DNA from: a virus
Taxonomy: Duplodnaviria > Caudoviricetes
Direction: 5' to 3' (one strand)
IMG/VR virus record: IMGVR_UViG_3300028629_000021
Coordinates: 1-40,634 of that record
Length of the DNA stretch: 40,634 nt
How positions within the stretch are numbered: position 1 is the first letter of the stretch; each line of letters starts with the position of its first letter. The position numbers and the translations under genes were made by a program. Below the pieces are notes generated by a model that saw nothing but the letters and a program-made list of their open reading frames with translations, was not told the origin of the DNA and did not search any database. This document shows, one piece after another, positions 16,938-26,095 of the stretch.

Positions 16938-17389
16938 ATGAGCAGAACGAGCAGAACAGAAAGGCATTTCTGGACATGATCGCCGTATCTGAGGGCACGA
17001 AGGGGCGGGGCGAAGACGGTTACAACGTCCTGGTGGGCGGCGGCTTTTTCTATGGCTACGAGGACCACCCCCGGCGGCGGATCAAGATCAATTTGGCCCT
17101 CTATTCCACGGCGGCGGGACGTTATCAGATACTGGCCCGGTTCTTTGATGCCTACAAGAAACTGCTGGACCTCCCCGACTTCTCCCCGGCCTCTCAGGAT
17201 GCCATTGCCATGCAGATGGCTCGGGAGCGGAAGGCACTGGAGGACATAGACGCCGGGCGGATTGAGGCGGCAATCCATAAGTGCCGGCGGACCTGGGCGA
17301 GTTTTCCGGGGGCCGGATATGGGCAGCACGAAAACGAAATGGCGGACCTGGTGGCTGCCTATGTCGAGGCGGGCGGTGTAGTCGCATGA
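16934..17389 (+). CDS. Endolysin, lambda R-type transglycosylase
   Basis: AFLDMIAVSEGT, STAAGRYQIL, DFSPASQD, WASFPGAGYGQHE. Confidence 0.93.
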   Translation: MNEQNEQNRKAFLDMIAVSEGTKGRGEDGYNVLVGGGFFYGYEDHPRRRIKINLALYSTAAGRYQILARFFDAYKKLLDLPDFSPASQDAIAMQMARERKALEDIDAGRIEAAIHKCRRTWASFPGAGYGQHENEMADLVAAYVEAGGVVA

Positions 17390-17466
17390 AAACCGGGGCG
17401 GTGCGCCGCAAAGAGGCGGCAAAGAGAGAGAACCGGGCGAAGAGGAAAAAGAGGAAGCGGAAGTGA
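17386..17466 (+). CDS. 26-aa highly basic peptide
   Basis: MKTGAVRRKEAAKRENRAKRKKRKRK; ATGA and GTGA coupling on the two sides. Confidence 0.5.
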   Translation: MKTGAVRRKEAAKRENRAKRKKRKRK

Positions 17467-17882
17467 AGCGGGATAAATGCCTTTATTTCAAGAGGGGATA
17501 CAAATACCAGGTATCGCGGGTTTTCCGCATACAGTTTGATATTGTCCCCGTCGCCCCTATTGATCTTCCTTTCGTCAAAATGGACATGGCCGGGAAAACT
17601 GAAATCCTCCCCGGCTATGCCTGGAACGGTGCAAGCGGGCCGACCTGGGACACCCTCAATAGCATGATCGGCTCTCTGGCGCACGACCTCATTTATCAGC
17701 TTATCCGCCTGGGCCTCATAGATCACAAATACAAGGATTACGGCGATCAGGTTTTGTATGACATCTGCACGGAGGATGGAATGTTTGAATGGAGGGCGGG
17801 TTATTGGAGGTGGGCCGTCCTTAAATTCGGCGAGACTTCGTGTTTGCCGAGTGCGGAACCTAAAGAGGAGGTCGCGCCATGA
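17463..17882 (+). CDS. DUF1353-like protein
   Basis: GYAWNGAS.P......SLAHDLIYQ......D..L. Confidence 0.75.
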   Translation: MKRDKCLYFKRGYKYQVSRVFRIQFDIVPVAPIDLPFVKMDMAGKTEILPGYAWNGASGPTWDTLNSMIGSLAHDLIYQLIRLGLIDHKYKDYGDQVLYDICTEDGMFEWRAGYWRWAVLKFGETSCLPSAEPKEEVAP

Positions 17883-18046
17883 TGAAGATCACAGACAAAG
17901 AGGTCGTTGTTTTTGCCCTGACCCTGATCGGCATTTATGCCCTTTATGTCATGGGCGCGGATGCGGAAAACATCATTACCGCTATTGTCTCCGGTCTGTG
18001 CGGCATTGCGGTTGGAAAGACTTTGAACGGACAGGGAGATAAATAA
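17879..18046 (+). CDS. 55-aa two-TM protein, holin candidate
   Basis: MMKITDKEVVVFALTLIGIYALYVMGADAENIITAIVSGLCGIAVGKTLNGQGDK; GAGGAGG RBS. Confidence 0.65.
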   Translation: MMKITDKEVVVFALTLIGIYALYVMGADAENIITAIVSGLCGIAVGKTLNGQGDK

Positions 18047-18047
18047 G

Positions 18048-18227
18048 ATGCCGTATCCGAAGAAGAACGAAAAGCGCAGCGATTACATTGGCCGGGCGGT
18101 CAGCACCATCATGGGCGAGGAGCCGGGCAAGCCGATGAAGGCCGCCCTCGGGAAGGCTTACGGGATGTGGGACACCTATAAAGGCGGGAAGAAGCCGAAG
18201 GAGAAGGTTCCGAAATGGATGAAATAG
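18048..18227 (+). CDS. Small basic head-module protein
   Basis: MPYPKKNEKRSDYIGRAV...AALGKAYGMW resembles the recurrent MP.P...E....FI.RC...A.AY.MW phage family. Confidence 0.65.
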   Translation: MPYPKKNEKRSDYIGRAVSTIMGEEPGKPMKAALGKAYGMWDTYKGGKKPKEKVPKWMK

Positions 18228-20173
18228 CGCCTTTGGAAAGCAGCGTCGTGGCGCCCTTCGATGGTATCGAGGCCGCCATCAACTTAGGCCCCGAAGAGCC
18301 GCCGGAGATTCCGCCGCATATGCAGCGGCTGATTGATTACTGTTTCGGCCTCTACGACGACTTCAAGGGTTCGCAGTATCGGAAGGAAAAGCTCGACGAA
18401 GCGGAGCGGAGCCGTAAATCCTACGCCCTCAAATCAGATGCCGCGCCTTTGTGGCAGGACGCCAGCAACGAGGTGATGCCCTTTGTGTTGATGACCGTCG
18501 ATAACCTGGAGCCGCGGATTCATAGCGCCCTGGTCGGCCGGGAACCTATCGTCGAATTCGAGATGCCGGGGATCACCGAGAAGGACGAGGCGACCAAGAT
18601 CATTCAGCATTGGTTCAACCAGGAGCTGAAAGACGTCGTGAGTATCGACACTAAGGTCATGGCCATGGTCCACGATCTCCTTCTCGATGGCACGGTGTTC
18701 CGGGTGCCGAAGTACGACGTCAAGGAACGTAAGCGACGGGAATTCGTCTTCGATCAGACCGGCAATCCTGTTCTTAATCCCATGACGCAGCGACCGGCCA
18801 TGACGGAGCAGGTCTATACCAAGCACGACGGCGGATCGCTTGAGGAAATAGCCCTGCAAGACCTCTACTTCCCCGACAACTGCGGGACCATGGAAGAGTG
18901 GGAGGATTGCGCCAAGGTCCGGAAGATTAGGCCGACCTACGCCGAATTGATGCGGCTAAGGGACGGCTACGGATATATGAACATCGGTCCCTGGCTGTGT
19001 CGCCAGAAGGAAAAGCTGACCCTGGGGACCGATAGTGGCAAGGATACGCAATCGCCATCGCAAGGTGTTGCCGGCGTCGAAGTGACGGGCAAGGAAGTCA
19101 TTGACTGCCTGGAATTCCATATCACCTATCCGATCTGGCGCAACGACGTAGACAAGGAAGAGGCGGAGCAGGATGATTTCCGGGAAGAACGGATCGTCCT
19201 GACGGTATCCGAAGCCAACCAGGTGCCGATCCGCCTGGTGCGTCTCATCGACCTGACCATGACGAACGAATGTCAGATCAAGCGGATGCGCCTGTTCCCC
19301 GAAGACGGCCAGAGCTACGGCAGCCCCGTGTATGCCAAGCTCAAGAGCGTCCAGAAGGTCGGGAGTGATATGTTCAACCAGCTCATCAACTGCGCCATGA
19401 TCGCCATGGTCCCCTGGTTCCTCTACGACGATCGGTCCGGTCTGCAAAAGGAAGTGGAGATTCATCCCGGCAAGGGCATTCCCGTGGATAACGTCGAGGG
19501 CGTGAAGTTTGCCACCTTCCAGGCCATGCCCCAGGCGTTCATGGTCTTCCTGCAAACGATCATCAGCATGTGGGAGCGAATCGGCAACATCGGGGATCTG
19601 CAAATCGGTCGACCTTCCGAGACGTCCGGGAAGAACAAGACCGCTACGGAAGTCATGGCGGTCATTCAGGAAGGGAATATCAAGTACAACTACCAGGCCC
19701 GGACCATGAAGGCGGAATTCATCGACATGCTGCGCGGGCTCTACGACCTGTATTATCAGCACATGCCGTTTGACAAGAGTTTTACCTACGGCGGCCGCGT
19801 CCTTTCCATCCCCAGGGCCATGATGCAGCGGCCGTTCAAGTTCCAACTCACCGGCAGCAGTGAGACGGCAAACAAGCTCATCGAACGCAAAGAGGCGGAA
19901 GACCTCTACCAGTTGGGTACTCAAAACCCGCTCATGAACCCGGTGAAGGTCCTGGAAGACCTCCTGAAGGCTTACGGCCGGAGCAACGTCAAGGAATACA
20001 TCCGGCCCGAAGTCGGCCAGGTTGTGCAAGCCCTGAACGCTAACCCAGAGATTCCCCAGGTGATCGGGCGGTACCTCCAGACCAAGGCAGCGGTGAACAC
20101 GGAAATACAGACTGGAGCGGTGTCAAGGCCGTCCCCCGGCGCGGCGATGAAAATGGTGGGTGGCAATGGCTAA
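18215..20173 (+). CDS. Portal protein (P22-like)
   Basis: 652 aa, largely helical, TATEV motif, positioned before scaffold and capsid. Confidence 0.85.
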   Translation: MDEIAPLESSVVAPFDGIEAAINLGPEEPPEIPPHMQRLIDYCFGLYDDFKGSQYRKEKLDEAERSRKSYALKSDAAPLWQDASNEVMPFVLMTVDNLEPRIHSALVGREPIVEFEMPGITEKDEATKIIQHWFNQELKDVVSIDTKVMAMVHDLLLDGTVFRVPKYDVKERKRREFVFDQTGNPVLNPMTQRPAMTEQVYTKHDGGSLEEIALQDLYFPDNCGTMEEWEDCAKVRKIRPTYAELMRLRDGYGYMNIGPWLCRQKEKLTLGTDSGKDTQSPSQGVAGVEVTGKEVIDCLEFHITYPIWRNDVDKEEAEQDDFREERIVLTVSEANQVPIRLVRLIDLTMTNECQIKRMRLFPEDGQSYGSPVYAKLKSVQKVGSDMFNQLINCAMIAMVPWFLYDDRSGLQKEVEIHPGKGIPVDNVEGVKFATFQAMPQAFMVFLQTIISMWERIGNIGDLQIGRPSETSGKNKTATEVMAVIQEGNIKYNYQARTMKAEFIDMLRGLYDLYYQHMPFDKSFTYGGRVLSIPRAMMQRPFKFQLTGSSETANKLIERKEAEDLYQLGTQNPLMNPVKVLEDLLKAYGRSNVKEYIRPEVGQVVQALNANPEIPQVIGRYLQTKAAVNTEIQTGAVSRPSPGAAMKMVGGNG

Positions 20174-20444
20174 GACGGACTTGCTCATGAACGAGGACTT
20201 TCACGACTATCTACGGATGGTCGTTGTGGAGGCGAAGGTATTGAGCCGCCAGCTCGTGGACGCGAACGTGACGCCGGAATATTTCCGGGGCGCCATGGAC
20301 ATGATGAAGCAGGTGTTGCGGGTTCCGGTGAAGATGGCCGGGCATGAGGGCGATAAGGAACTGGCCGGGGTGCTGGTGAAGCGGGCCTTCGATGAATTCG
20401 AGGCGAAGCTGCTCCGGAGCTACCTGGTGGAGGACAAGGAGTGA
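20166..20444 (+). CDS. Hypothetical head-module protein
   Basis: Short helical ORF overlapping the portal stop. Confidence 0.7.
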   Translation: MAKTDLLMNEDFHDYLRMVVVEAKVLSRQLVDANVTPEYFRGAMDMMKQVLRVPVKMAGHEGDKELAGVLVKRAFDEFEAKLLRSYLVEDKE

Positions 20445-20528
20445 TGAAACGGGGCGCGAGAGATTCCGCCTGTTCATATATTCGCTGCCAGCGGGCGTTA
20501 CCGCTGAGATCACTAAAGGAGGGGCGCG

Positions 20529-21437
20529 ATGCCCGATGACAACGAAGGAGCCGTCTTGAACAACGGCGACCCTGGCGTCGATGGCGGCGGCGGCAAAGAT
20601 GGTGCCGCATACGACCCAGGCGAAGACAAAAGCGATGCCGACCTGTACCTCGATAACATCTACTTCGGCGATGACGACGAAGGGGAAGGAGACGAGGGGA
20701 AACCGTCCAAAAAGGGCGAGAAAAAGAGCGGGGATGAAGGCAAAGCCCCCGACGTGCAACAGTTGCAGGCGGAGATTGACAAGCTAAAGACCGACAAGGT
20801 CAATCTCAACCGTGCCCTACACGAAGAGCGACAGAGCAAAAAGAAGGCGAAGACCGACGAGGCCGAGGACGACCTGACGGACGCGCAGCTCAAGGACCTC
20901 ATGAAAGAACACCATGACGATCCGGACGCGCTGTTCAACATCGTTCAGTACATGGCCAGGAAGGTAGCCAAGGGCGAGAAGAAGGCCGCGCTCAACGAGG
21001 CCGAAATCGCCAATAAGCGGCGGGACATAGACATTTATATCTCCAAGCGCAACCCCGACTATGCGGACCCGGAATCGGAGATCCGCAAGGAGGCGGAGAA
21101 GACGAAGGCCCAACTTGGCCTTGAAGATCATCCCTACGCCGACATTCTGGCGTTAGGTGTCAATGCCTATCTCTCCCTGCCGGAGATCATGAAGCAGGTT
21201 TATGCCAAAGGGAAGGAAGACGCTCTGAAAGAAGCGGCGGAGACCAACCGGAAGAAGGACGTGAAGAACAGCAGCCTGACCCCCAAGGGAGAAGGCGGCA
21301 AGAGCTCTCACGCGCCTGCCCTTACCAAGGACATTGCCGCTGTCGCCAAGCAAATGAACATGACCCCCGGCCAGGCCAAGGTTTATCAGCGCCTGATGAG
21401 CAGCAAAGGCGGTCATTCAATCACCGTGGAGGGATGA
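20529..21437 (+). CDS. Capsid scaffolding protein
   Basis: Acidic disordered N-terminus, coiled coil (ALHEERQ), terminal helix-turn-helix; AAGGAGG RBS. Confidence 0.75.
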   Translation: MPDDNEGAVLNNGDPGVDGGGGKDGAAYDPGEDKSDADLYLDNIYFGDDDEGEGDEGKPSKKGEKKSGDEGKAPDVQQLQAEIDKLKTDKVNLNRALHEERQSKKKAKTDEAEDDLTDAQLKDLMKEHHDDPDALFNIVQYMARKVAKGEKKAALNEAEIANKRRDIDIYISKRNPDYADPESEIRKEAEKTKAQLGLEDHPYADILALGVNAYLSLPEIMKQVYAKGKEDALKEAAETNRKKDVKNSSLTPKGEGGKSSHAPALTKDIAAVAKQMNMTPGQAKVYQRLMSSKGGHSITVEG

Positions 21438-21441
21438 AGCC

Positions 21442-22131
21442 ATGACATTCAAGACGCAAAAGAAAGCTGTTGCACCGGAAAAGGAATCGCCGGAAGTCGA
21501 GGCAGCTCCGGCAGATAGTGAGAAAAAGATCGTGACCGAATTCACCAATCTTACCCCGGAAGAAATGGCGATTGCCCGCCGGGTCCAGGGTGAAGACGAG
21601 GAGTGGAAGCATCCGATAGGGGAGGAATCGGCCCTGGATTATTCCCTGGGCGGCGACCCCCTGAAGCTCCCTCCTCCGGCTCAGAAGATGAAGGACAGCA
21701 GGAAGTATGCGTTCCGATGGATAGAGCGCCGGCCCGATAGGGTGGATCAGATACGCAACAAGCAGATGCCGCTGCGTTGGTGGATCTGCAACCGGACAAA
21801 CACACCGTTCCTGGAGAAGTACATTGACCCCGTGCTCGGCTGCGTTTGCCTGGAGGATCAGTTGCTAGTCTTCAAGCCCTGGGCTTTATGGGAGGCGGAA
21901 AAGGCCCTCAAAGACCGCCTGCGCGACATCAGGAACGAAAACGATCTCAGCGCCATGCACGGGCAATCACGCGGCGGCATGGAGATGAGCGCGGCGGTAG
22001 GCCGTCCTTTGGGGATGGGAACACCGACGCGGGAGGAAATAAAAGGCGGCGACGTCCTGATGGATGTCGAAGCGCGGGATATACTGGACGCGGCCGATGG
22101 CGGCGGACAGTCATTTTACACGGACGAATAA
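21442..22131 (+). CDS. Head-module protein
   Basis: PLKLP...YAFRWI...DQLLVFKP, between scaffold and capsid genes. Confidence 0.65.
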   Translation: MTFKTQKKAVAPEKESPEVEAAPADSEKKIVTEFTNLTPEEMAIARRVQGEDEEWKHPIGEESALDYSLGGDPLKLPPPAQKMKDSRKYAFRWIERRPDRVDQIRNKQMPLRWWICNRTNTPFLEKYIDPVLGCVCLEDQLLVFKPWALWEAEKALKDRLRDIRNENDLSAMHGQSRGGMEMSAAVGRPLGMGTPTREEIKGGDVLMDVEARDILDAADGGGQSFYTDE

Positions 22132-22149
22132 CAGAAAGGAGTTTGAACC

Positions 22150-22776
22150 ATGGCGAATGTCGATTCACCTCATGGCTTCAAGGTGTGGGGCGAGCTTTTG
22201 CGGGCTCGTCTCTACGCCGTAAATACAGCGCCGACGATTAATGTAGCCGTCGGCGATATGGTGGCGTCCGGCAATTCGGGGCTTTCCTGCACGAAAGGCA
22301 ACGGCACGCTGTTAATGATCGAGGACGCGAACGTCATTCCGGCCACTCCGGGCAATGCCACGCCGTTGCTCGGCGTCGTTCTCGCCTGCTATGACGAGAA
22401 TATGTTCCCGTACAACAACGCCCCCTCGGGTTATATCGCGGCGGGCGAAGTAGGCGACGGCACGGTAGCGGGCTATGTACTGGTGGCGGATCATCCTGAC
22501 CAGCAGTTCGAGGCCCAGGCGGATGGAGCAATCACGGCGGCCAACATCGATCTCAACCACAAGATCACTTCGGCCACCTTGAGCGCCCCCAATAGCGCCA
22601 CCGGCATTTCCACCCAGGAGGTAGCCGCTGCCGGATCGAATACGACCAACACCATCCCTCTGCGCCTCTACGGGCAGGCTTACCCCGAACTTGATGCCAT
22701 CGACGCCGCCGGTTGCCGGTGGGTCGTTGGCATTAACCCCGACTGCCATTATTGGGCTGCGGGAACGGCAATCTAA
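22150..22776 (+). CDS. Capsid cement/decoration protein
   Basis: MANVDSPHGF...GDMV...LGV...VLVADHPDQQFEAQ; immediately before the major capsid gene. Confidence 0.7.
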   Translation: MANVDSPHGFKVWGELLRARLYAVNTAPTINVAVGDMVASGNSGLSCTKGNGTLLMIEDANVIPATPGNATPLLGVVLACYDENMFPYNNAPSGYIAAGEVGDGTVAGYVLVADHPDQQFEAQADGAITAANIDLNHKITSATLSAPNSATGISTQEVAAAGSNTTNTIPLRLYGQAYPELDAIDAAGCRWVVGINPDCHYWAAGTAI

Positions 22777-22796
22777 GGAAAGGAGGATAATCAACT

Positions 22797-23720
22797 ATGT
22801 GGACACGAGGACGATTTATCAATGAGTATCTTCCCGGCCTTTTTGCCGTAGCCATCGACACCTATATCAGCAAGTCGGCCGAATCAATGTGGCAGAAGCT
22901 GGTAACGATCCGGGACAGCAAGAAATCGAAGGAGGAGAACGGGATTCGTTCCGGGCTCGGCCTTCCTGTTGTGAAGGGCGAAGGGGCGCCGATCAGTTAC
23001 GATACGCAGATTGCCGGCGCGAAACAATCCTGGGTGCATAAGGTTTATGCCCTGGGCGTGCGGATCACCGAAGAGGCCATCGAGGATAACCTTTATGAAC
23101 TCAACGGCGGCGGGGGCGGCGACAACCTGAAGGAGATCTTCGAGGACCTGGGCGCGGCCATGAACGAGAACATCGAAACCCTGGTGGCCCGGCTGCTCAA
23201 CAGCGCCTCGGCTACGACCTACCATACGACCAGAAACGGGTATGCCCTGGCTTATGCCTCCCATCCCCGTCTGGACGGTTCGACCTTCTCCAACCTGGCG
23301 ACCAATGCGGACCTCACCTACGCCACCTTCTGGACCTGCCTGATTGCGGCCGAGAACCAGTACAACCATCGGCAGTACAAGGTGCAGAAGCGCGTCAAAA
23401 ACCTGTGGGTGCCTCCGCAGTACGAGCAGAAGGCCCGTGAGATCCTTCAGTCTCCCGACAAGCCGGATACGGCCAACCGGGCAATCTCCGCCTACGCCAA
23501 GAGCGGGCGCAACATCCAGCTCTGCAAGTGGAGCTACATCACCGATACGGACGCCTTCATCTACCAGATGGACGGCCCCGGTATCAAATTCTTCTGGCGG
23601 CGGAAGACAAGATTCGCTCGGGAAAAGGATTTCCAGACTGGCGACCTGATGTGCAAGGCGGATCAGAGATTCAGCGTTGAAGTGGACGACGAACGTGACT
23701 TCTACTTTAACATTCCGTAA
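22797..23720 (+). CDS. Major capsid protein (HK97 fold)
   Basis: KGEGAPI.YD, H..YALG.RITEEAIEDNLY, LWVPP; very strong RBS. Confidence 0.9.
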   Translation: MWTRGRFINEYLPGLFAVAIDTYISKSAESMWQKLVTIRDSKKSKEENGIRSGLGLPVVKGEGAPISYDTQIAGAKQSWVHKVYALGVRITEEAIEDNLYELNGGGGGDNLKEIFEDLGAAMNENIETLVARLLNSASATTYHTTRNGYALAYASHPRLDGSTFSNLATNADLTYATFWTCLIAAENQYNHRQYKVQKRVKNLWVPPQYEQKAREILQSPDKPDTANRAISAYAKSGRNIQLCKWSYITDTDAFIYQMDGPGIKFFWRRKTRFAREKDFQTGDLMCKADQRFSVEVDDERDFYFNIP

Positions 23721-23761
23721 TATCGGACACTTACGAAGGTAAGAGAACGGAGTAAGTGACG

Positions 23762-24490
23762 ATGAAACGAAAATACAACTTCAAAAATGTCCTGGACGTG
23801 GGTCTCTACATCCTGGCGTTTCTTCTGGTCGTCGGCGTATCGTATGCCGGCGTCACCAACCTGGACGGTATTCGCCTTAAGGCTACCGGCGAGGAGACGT
23901 ACCAGGTCGAGGTGCAGAACAGTTCCGGGACCAGGGTGTTTTCCGTCGATAGTTCCGGAAACGCCTACGTTGCCGGGACTCTGACGGCTACGGTCACGCG
24001 GAGTGTCCCGCTGCCCATCATGGGATTTCTTATCCAGGAAACGTCATCGACTGTAACGCCGATAACGTCGTCATCCACGACTACGCCGATCTATGCGACG
24101 GTCAGCAACAATGTTCCGCTGCTTAGATTTATGACCGGCTACACGACTCCGGTAATTATGACCTTCCGGATTCCCGATGACTATTCCAGCGGCGGAGCCT
24201 TCAAGGTCATGGCCAACCAATCCGGTACGACGACAGCCTGCACGATTGATTTTGACGTTTATGTAAATGCGGCCGGAAGTACGATGGATAGTGCGGCCAC
24301 GGATCAGACGGCCGGTACCCTTACTTATGCGGGAACTACGCCGTCCCAGGTAACATTGACGCCGGCAACGGACTTTGCATCACTGGCCGCCGGGCAATGG
24401 GTAACATTGCGGTTGTGGAAGGGTACGACAACAGGCACCGATGATTTACAGGTGGGCAATGTCAGTTTCTTCTATACTGCCACGCAGTAA
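23762..24490 (+). CDS. Ser/Thr-rich beta protein with N-terminal signal peptide or anchor
   Basis: MKRKYNFK...LYILAFLLVVGVSYA|G followed by a Thr-rich beta region (FSVDSSGN.Y..G). Confidence 0.7.
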   Translation: MKRKYNFKNVLDVGLYILAFLLVVGVSYAGVTNLDGIRLKATGEETYQVEVQNSSGTRVFSVDSSGNAYVAGTLTATVTRSVPLPIMGFLIQETSSTVTPITSSSTTTPIYATVSNNVPLLRFMTGYTTPVIMTFRIPDDYSSGGAFKVMANQSGTTTACTIDFDVYVNAAGSTMDSAATDQTAGTLTYAGTTPSQVTLTPATDFASLAAGQWVTLRLWKGTTTGTDDLQVGNVSFFYTATQ

Positions 24491-24497
24491 GATAATC

Positions 24498-25697
24498 ATG
24501 AACGCCGTCTGCGAGGCAAGGGGGAATATTGTCCCCTTCCTCGTGGCGGCGATTCTTGCCGTCGGGGTAATGATGTTCATGCCGTCTCAGGTAATTAATC
24601 TCAGGATGCAGGAATCATTATTCCCCTTGATTGCCATCACTATGGCGCTATGCGCGATGATCTCCCCCGTCAGCGTATCGATAACCGCTTTCGGATTTTT
24701 CGTCGTCATGGCGGCAATGGTGCGTTTCACTCCTGATTCTTACGCCTTCCTGATTCTCACGACTTACTATCTGGCCTTGTATCATTTGGCAACTTCGTGG
24801 CGACGGTTACCGGAACACCAGGAGATGATTTTTGACGTGATCTGTATCTTCGCCCTGGTCAATGTCGTTTGGATCGTCATGCAGGCAAATGGTATATACT
24901 TGATATTTCAGCCTTTATATCAAGGAAGCACGGAAACGGGGTGGTTTGCCAATCGCAACGAATCGGGCGCGTTCCTGGCTATCTGCCTACCGTTGTTCTT
25001 TAGGCGTAAAGCGATATGGGGGATACTTCCAATAACCTATGGCATATATACGGTCAAGTGTACCAATGGAATGATCGCAGGATGCACGGTGGCCGGATTA
25101 TATCTTTGCTATCTTTTGTGCCGGAACCTGGACAGAAAAAAGGCGGCGGCGGTTGTTGCCGGGATAGCATTAGCGGCAATGCTGGTTGTTGGTTTGTATA
25201 TGACTTTTGTGCATCAAGGCGGCTGGCGAGAGCGCCTGAAAGCCTACAAGGCGGCCATCGTCCTGGTAATGGACAAGCCCGTGTTTGGGTGGGGCATAGG
25301 TCAGAGCCCGTATCTGGTGCCATTGTGGATGAACGCGGAGAAGAACCCTGTTCAGGTAAACGCCGCCTTTTATGAGCGGGTTTACTATCAAGGCGACTTC
25401 CGGAAACTATATATCGAAAAGCACGACTATAAAAATGATTTTACCGAAATTTGGACACATCTTCATAACGAATACCTGCAATGGGGCATAGACGCGGGCA
25501 TGGTCGGGCTGTTGCTGCTTGCCCTTGTCATCGCGGCGCATCTGCGGCGGGCTTGGCAAAACAGGGCGGTTGTTCCCGGATTGGCACTGGTTGCATCCCT
25601 GGTAACCGCCAATGCTTTTTTCACGTTTCAAATAGGCAGATTGTTATTCCTGACCGTAATTTTTTCCGCCTTGACCCATGTCCGCGATGAGGTGTGA
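24498..25697 (+). CDS. O-antigen ligase / O-oligosaccharyltransferase family (Wzy_C) membrane protein
   Basis: About 10-12 hydrophobic segments; GWFANRN, ER...YK......KPVFGWGIG, HLHNEYLQ...D.G.VG. Confidence 0.85.
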   Translation: MNAVCEARGNIVPFLVAAILAVGVMMFMPSQVINLRMQESLFPLIAITMALCAMISPVSVSITAFGFFVVMAAMVRFTPDSYAFLILTTYYLALYHLATSWRRLPEHQEMIFDVICIFALVNVVWIVMQANGIYLIFQPLYQGSTETGWFANRNESGAFLAICLPLFFRRKAIWGILPITYGIYTVKCTNGMIAGCTVAGLYLCYLLCRNLDRKKAAAVVAGIALAAMLVVGLYMTFVHQGGWRERLKAYKAAIVLVMDKPVFGWGIGQSPYLVPLWMNAEKNPVQVNAAFYERVYYQGDFRKLYIEKHDYKNDFTEIWTHLHNEYLQWGIDAGMVGLLLLALVIAAHLRRAWQNRAVVPGLALVASLVTANAFFTFQIGRLLFLTVIFSALTHVRDEV

Positions 25698-25723
25698 TCG
25701 AAAAGAACGAGGGGAGAAAAGAA

Positions 25724-26095
25724 ATGACGAATGAACCACTTATTACCTGGAACCTGCTTCTCTGTTTAGTTGCCTTCCCCTCTCTCGGCTGGTTCATCCG
25801 CCGTGAACTCACCAACATCCAGGACAGCGCCAAGGAACGCTCCGCTGAACTGACCAGGAAGATTGAGAGGATCCAGGACTGCATGACGCTGGTAAAACGG
25901 GACGTGGAGCAGAAGGTGGACCGCGACGACTGCGAGGCCAAAGGCGCGGAGAAATGGGAACGTATCTACCATCACAAACACAATGATGCAGGGGGAAGTG
26001 GTGGTGGTGCGATGATGCCACAACCATGGATGTTGTTAGGCGGCCCGTTTTTCGTATGGGGTTATTACCTCATGTACATTACGAGGGTTAAATGA
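25724..26095 (+). CDS. TM + coiled-coil protein fused (probable frameshift) to a 27-aa micropeptide (26012-26095)
   Basis: N-terminal TM and KVDRDDC; tail MMPQPWMLLGGPFFVWGYY is paralogous to 16848-16937. Confidence 0.6.
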   Translation: MTNEPLITWNLLLCLVAFPSLGWFIRRELTNIQDSAKERSAELTRKIERIQDCMTLVKRDVEQKVDRDDCEAKGAEKWERIYHHKHNDAGGSGGGAMMPQPWMLLGGPFFVWGYYLMYITRVK

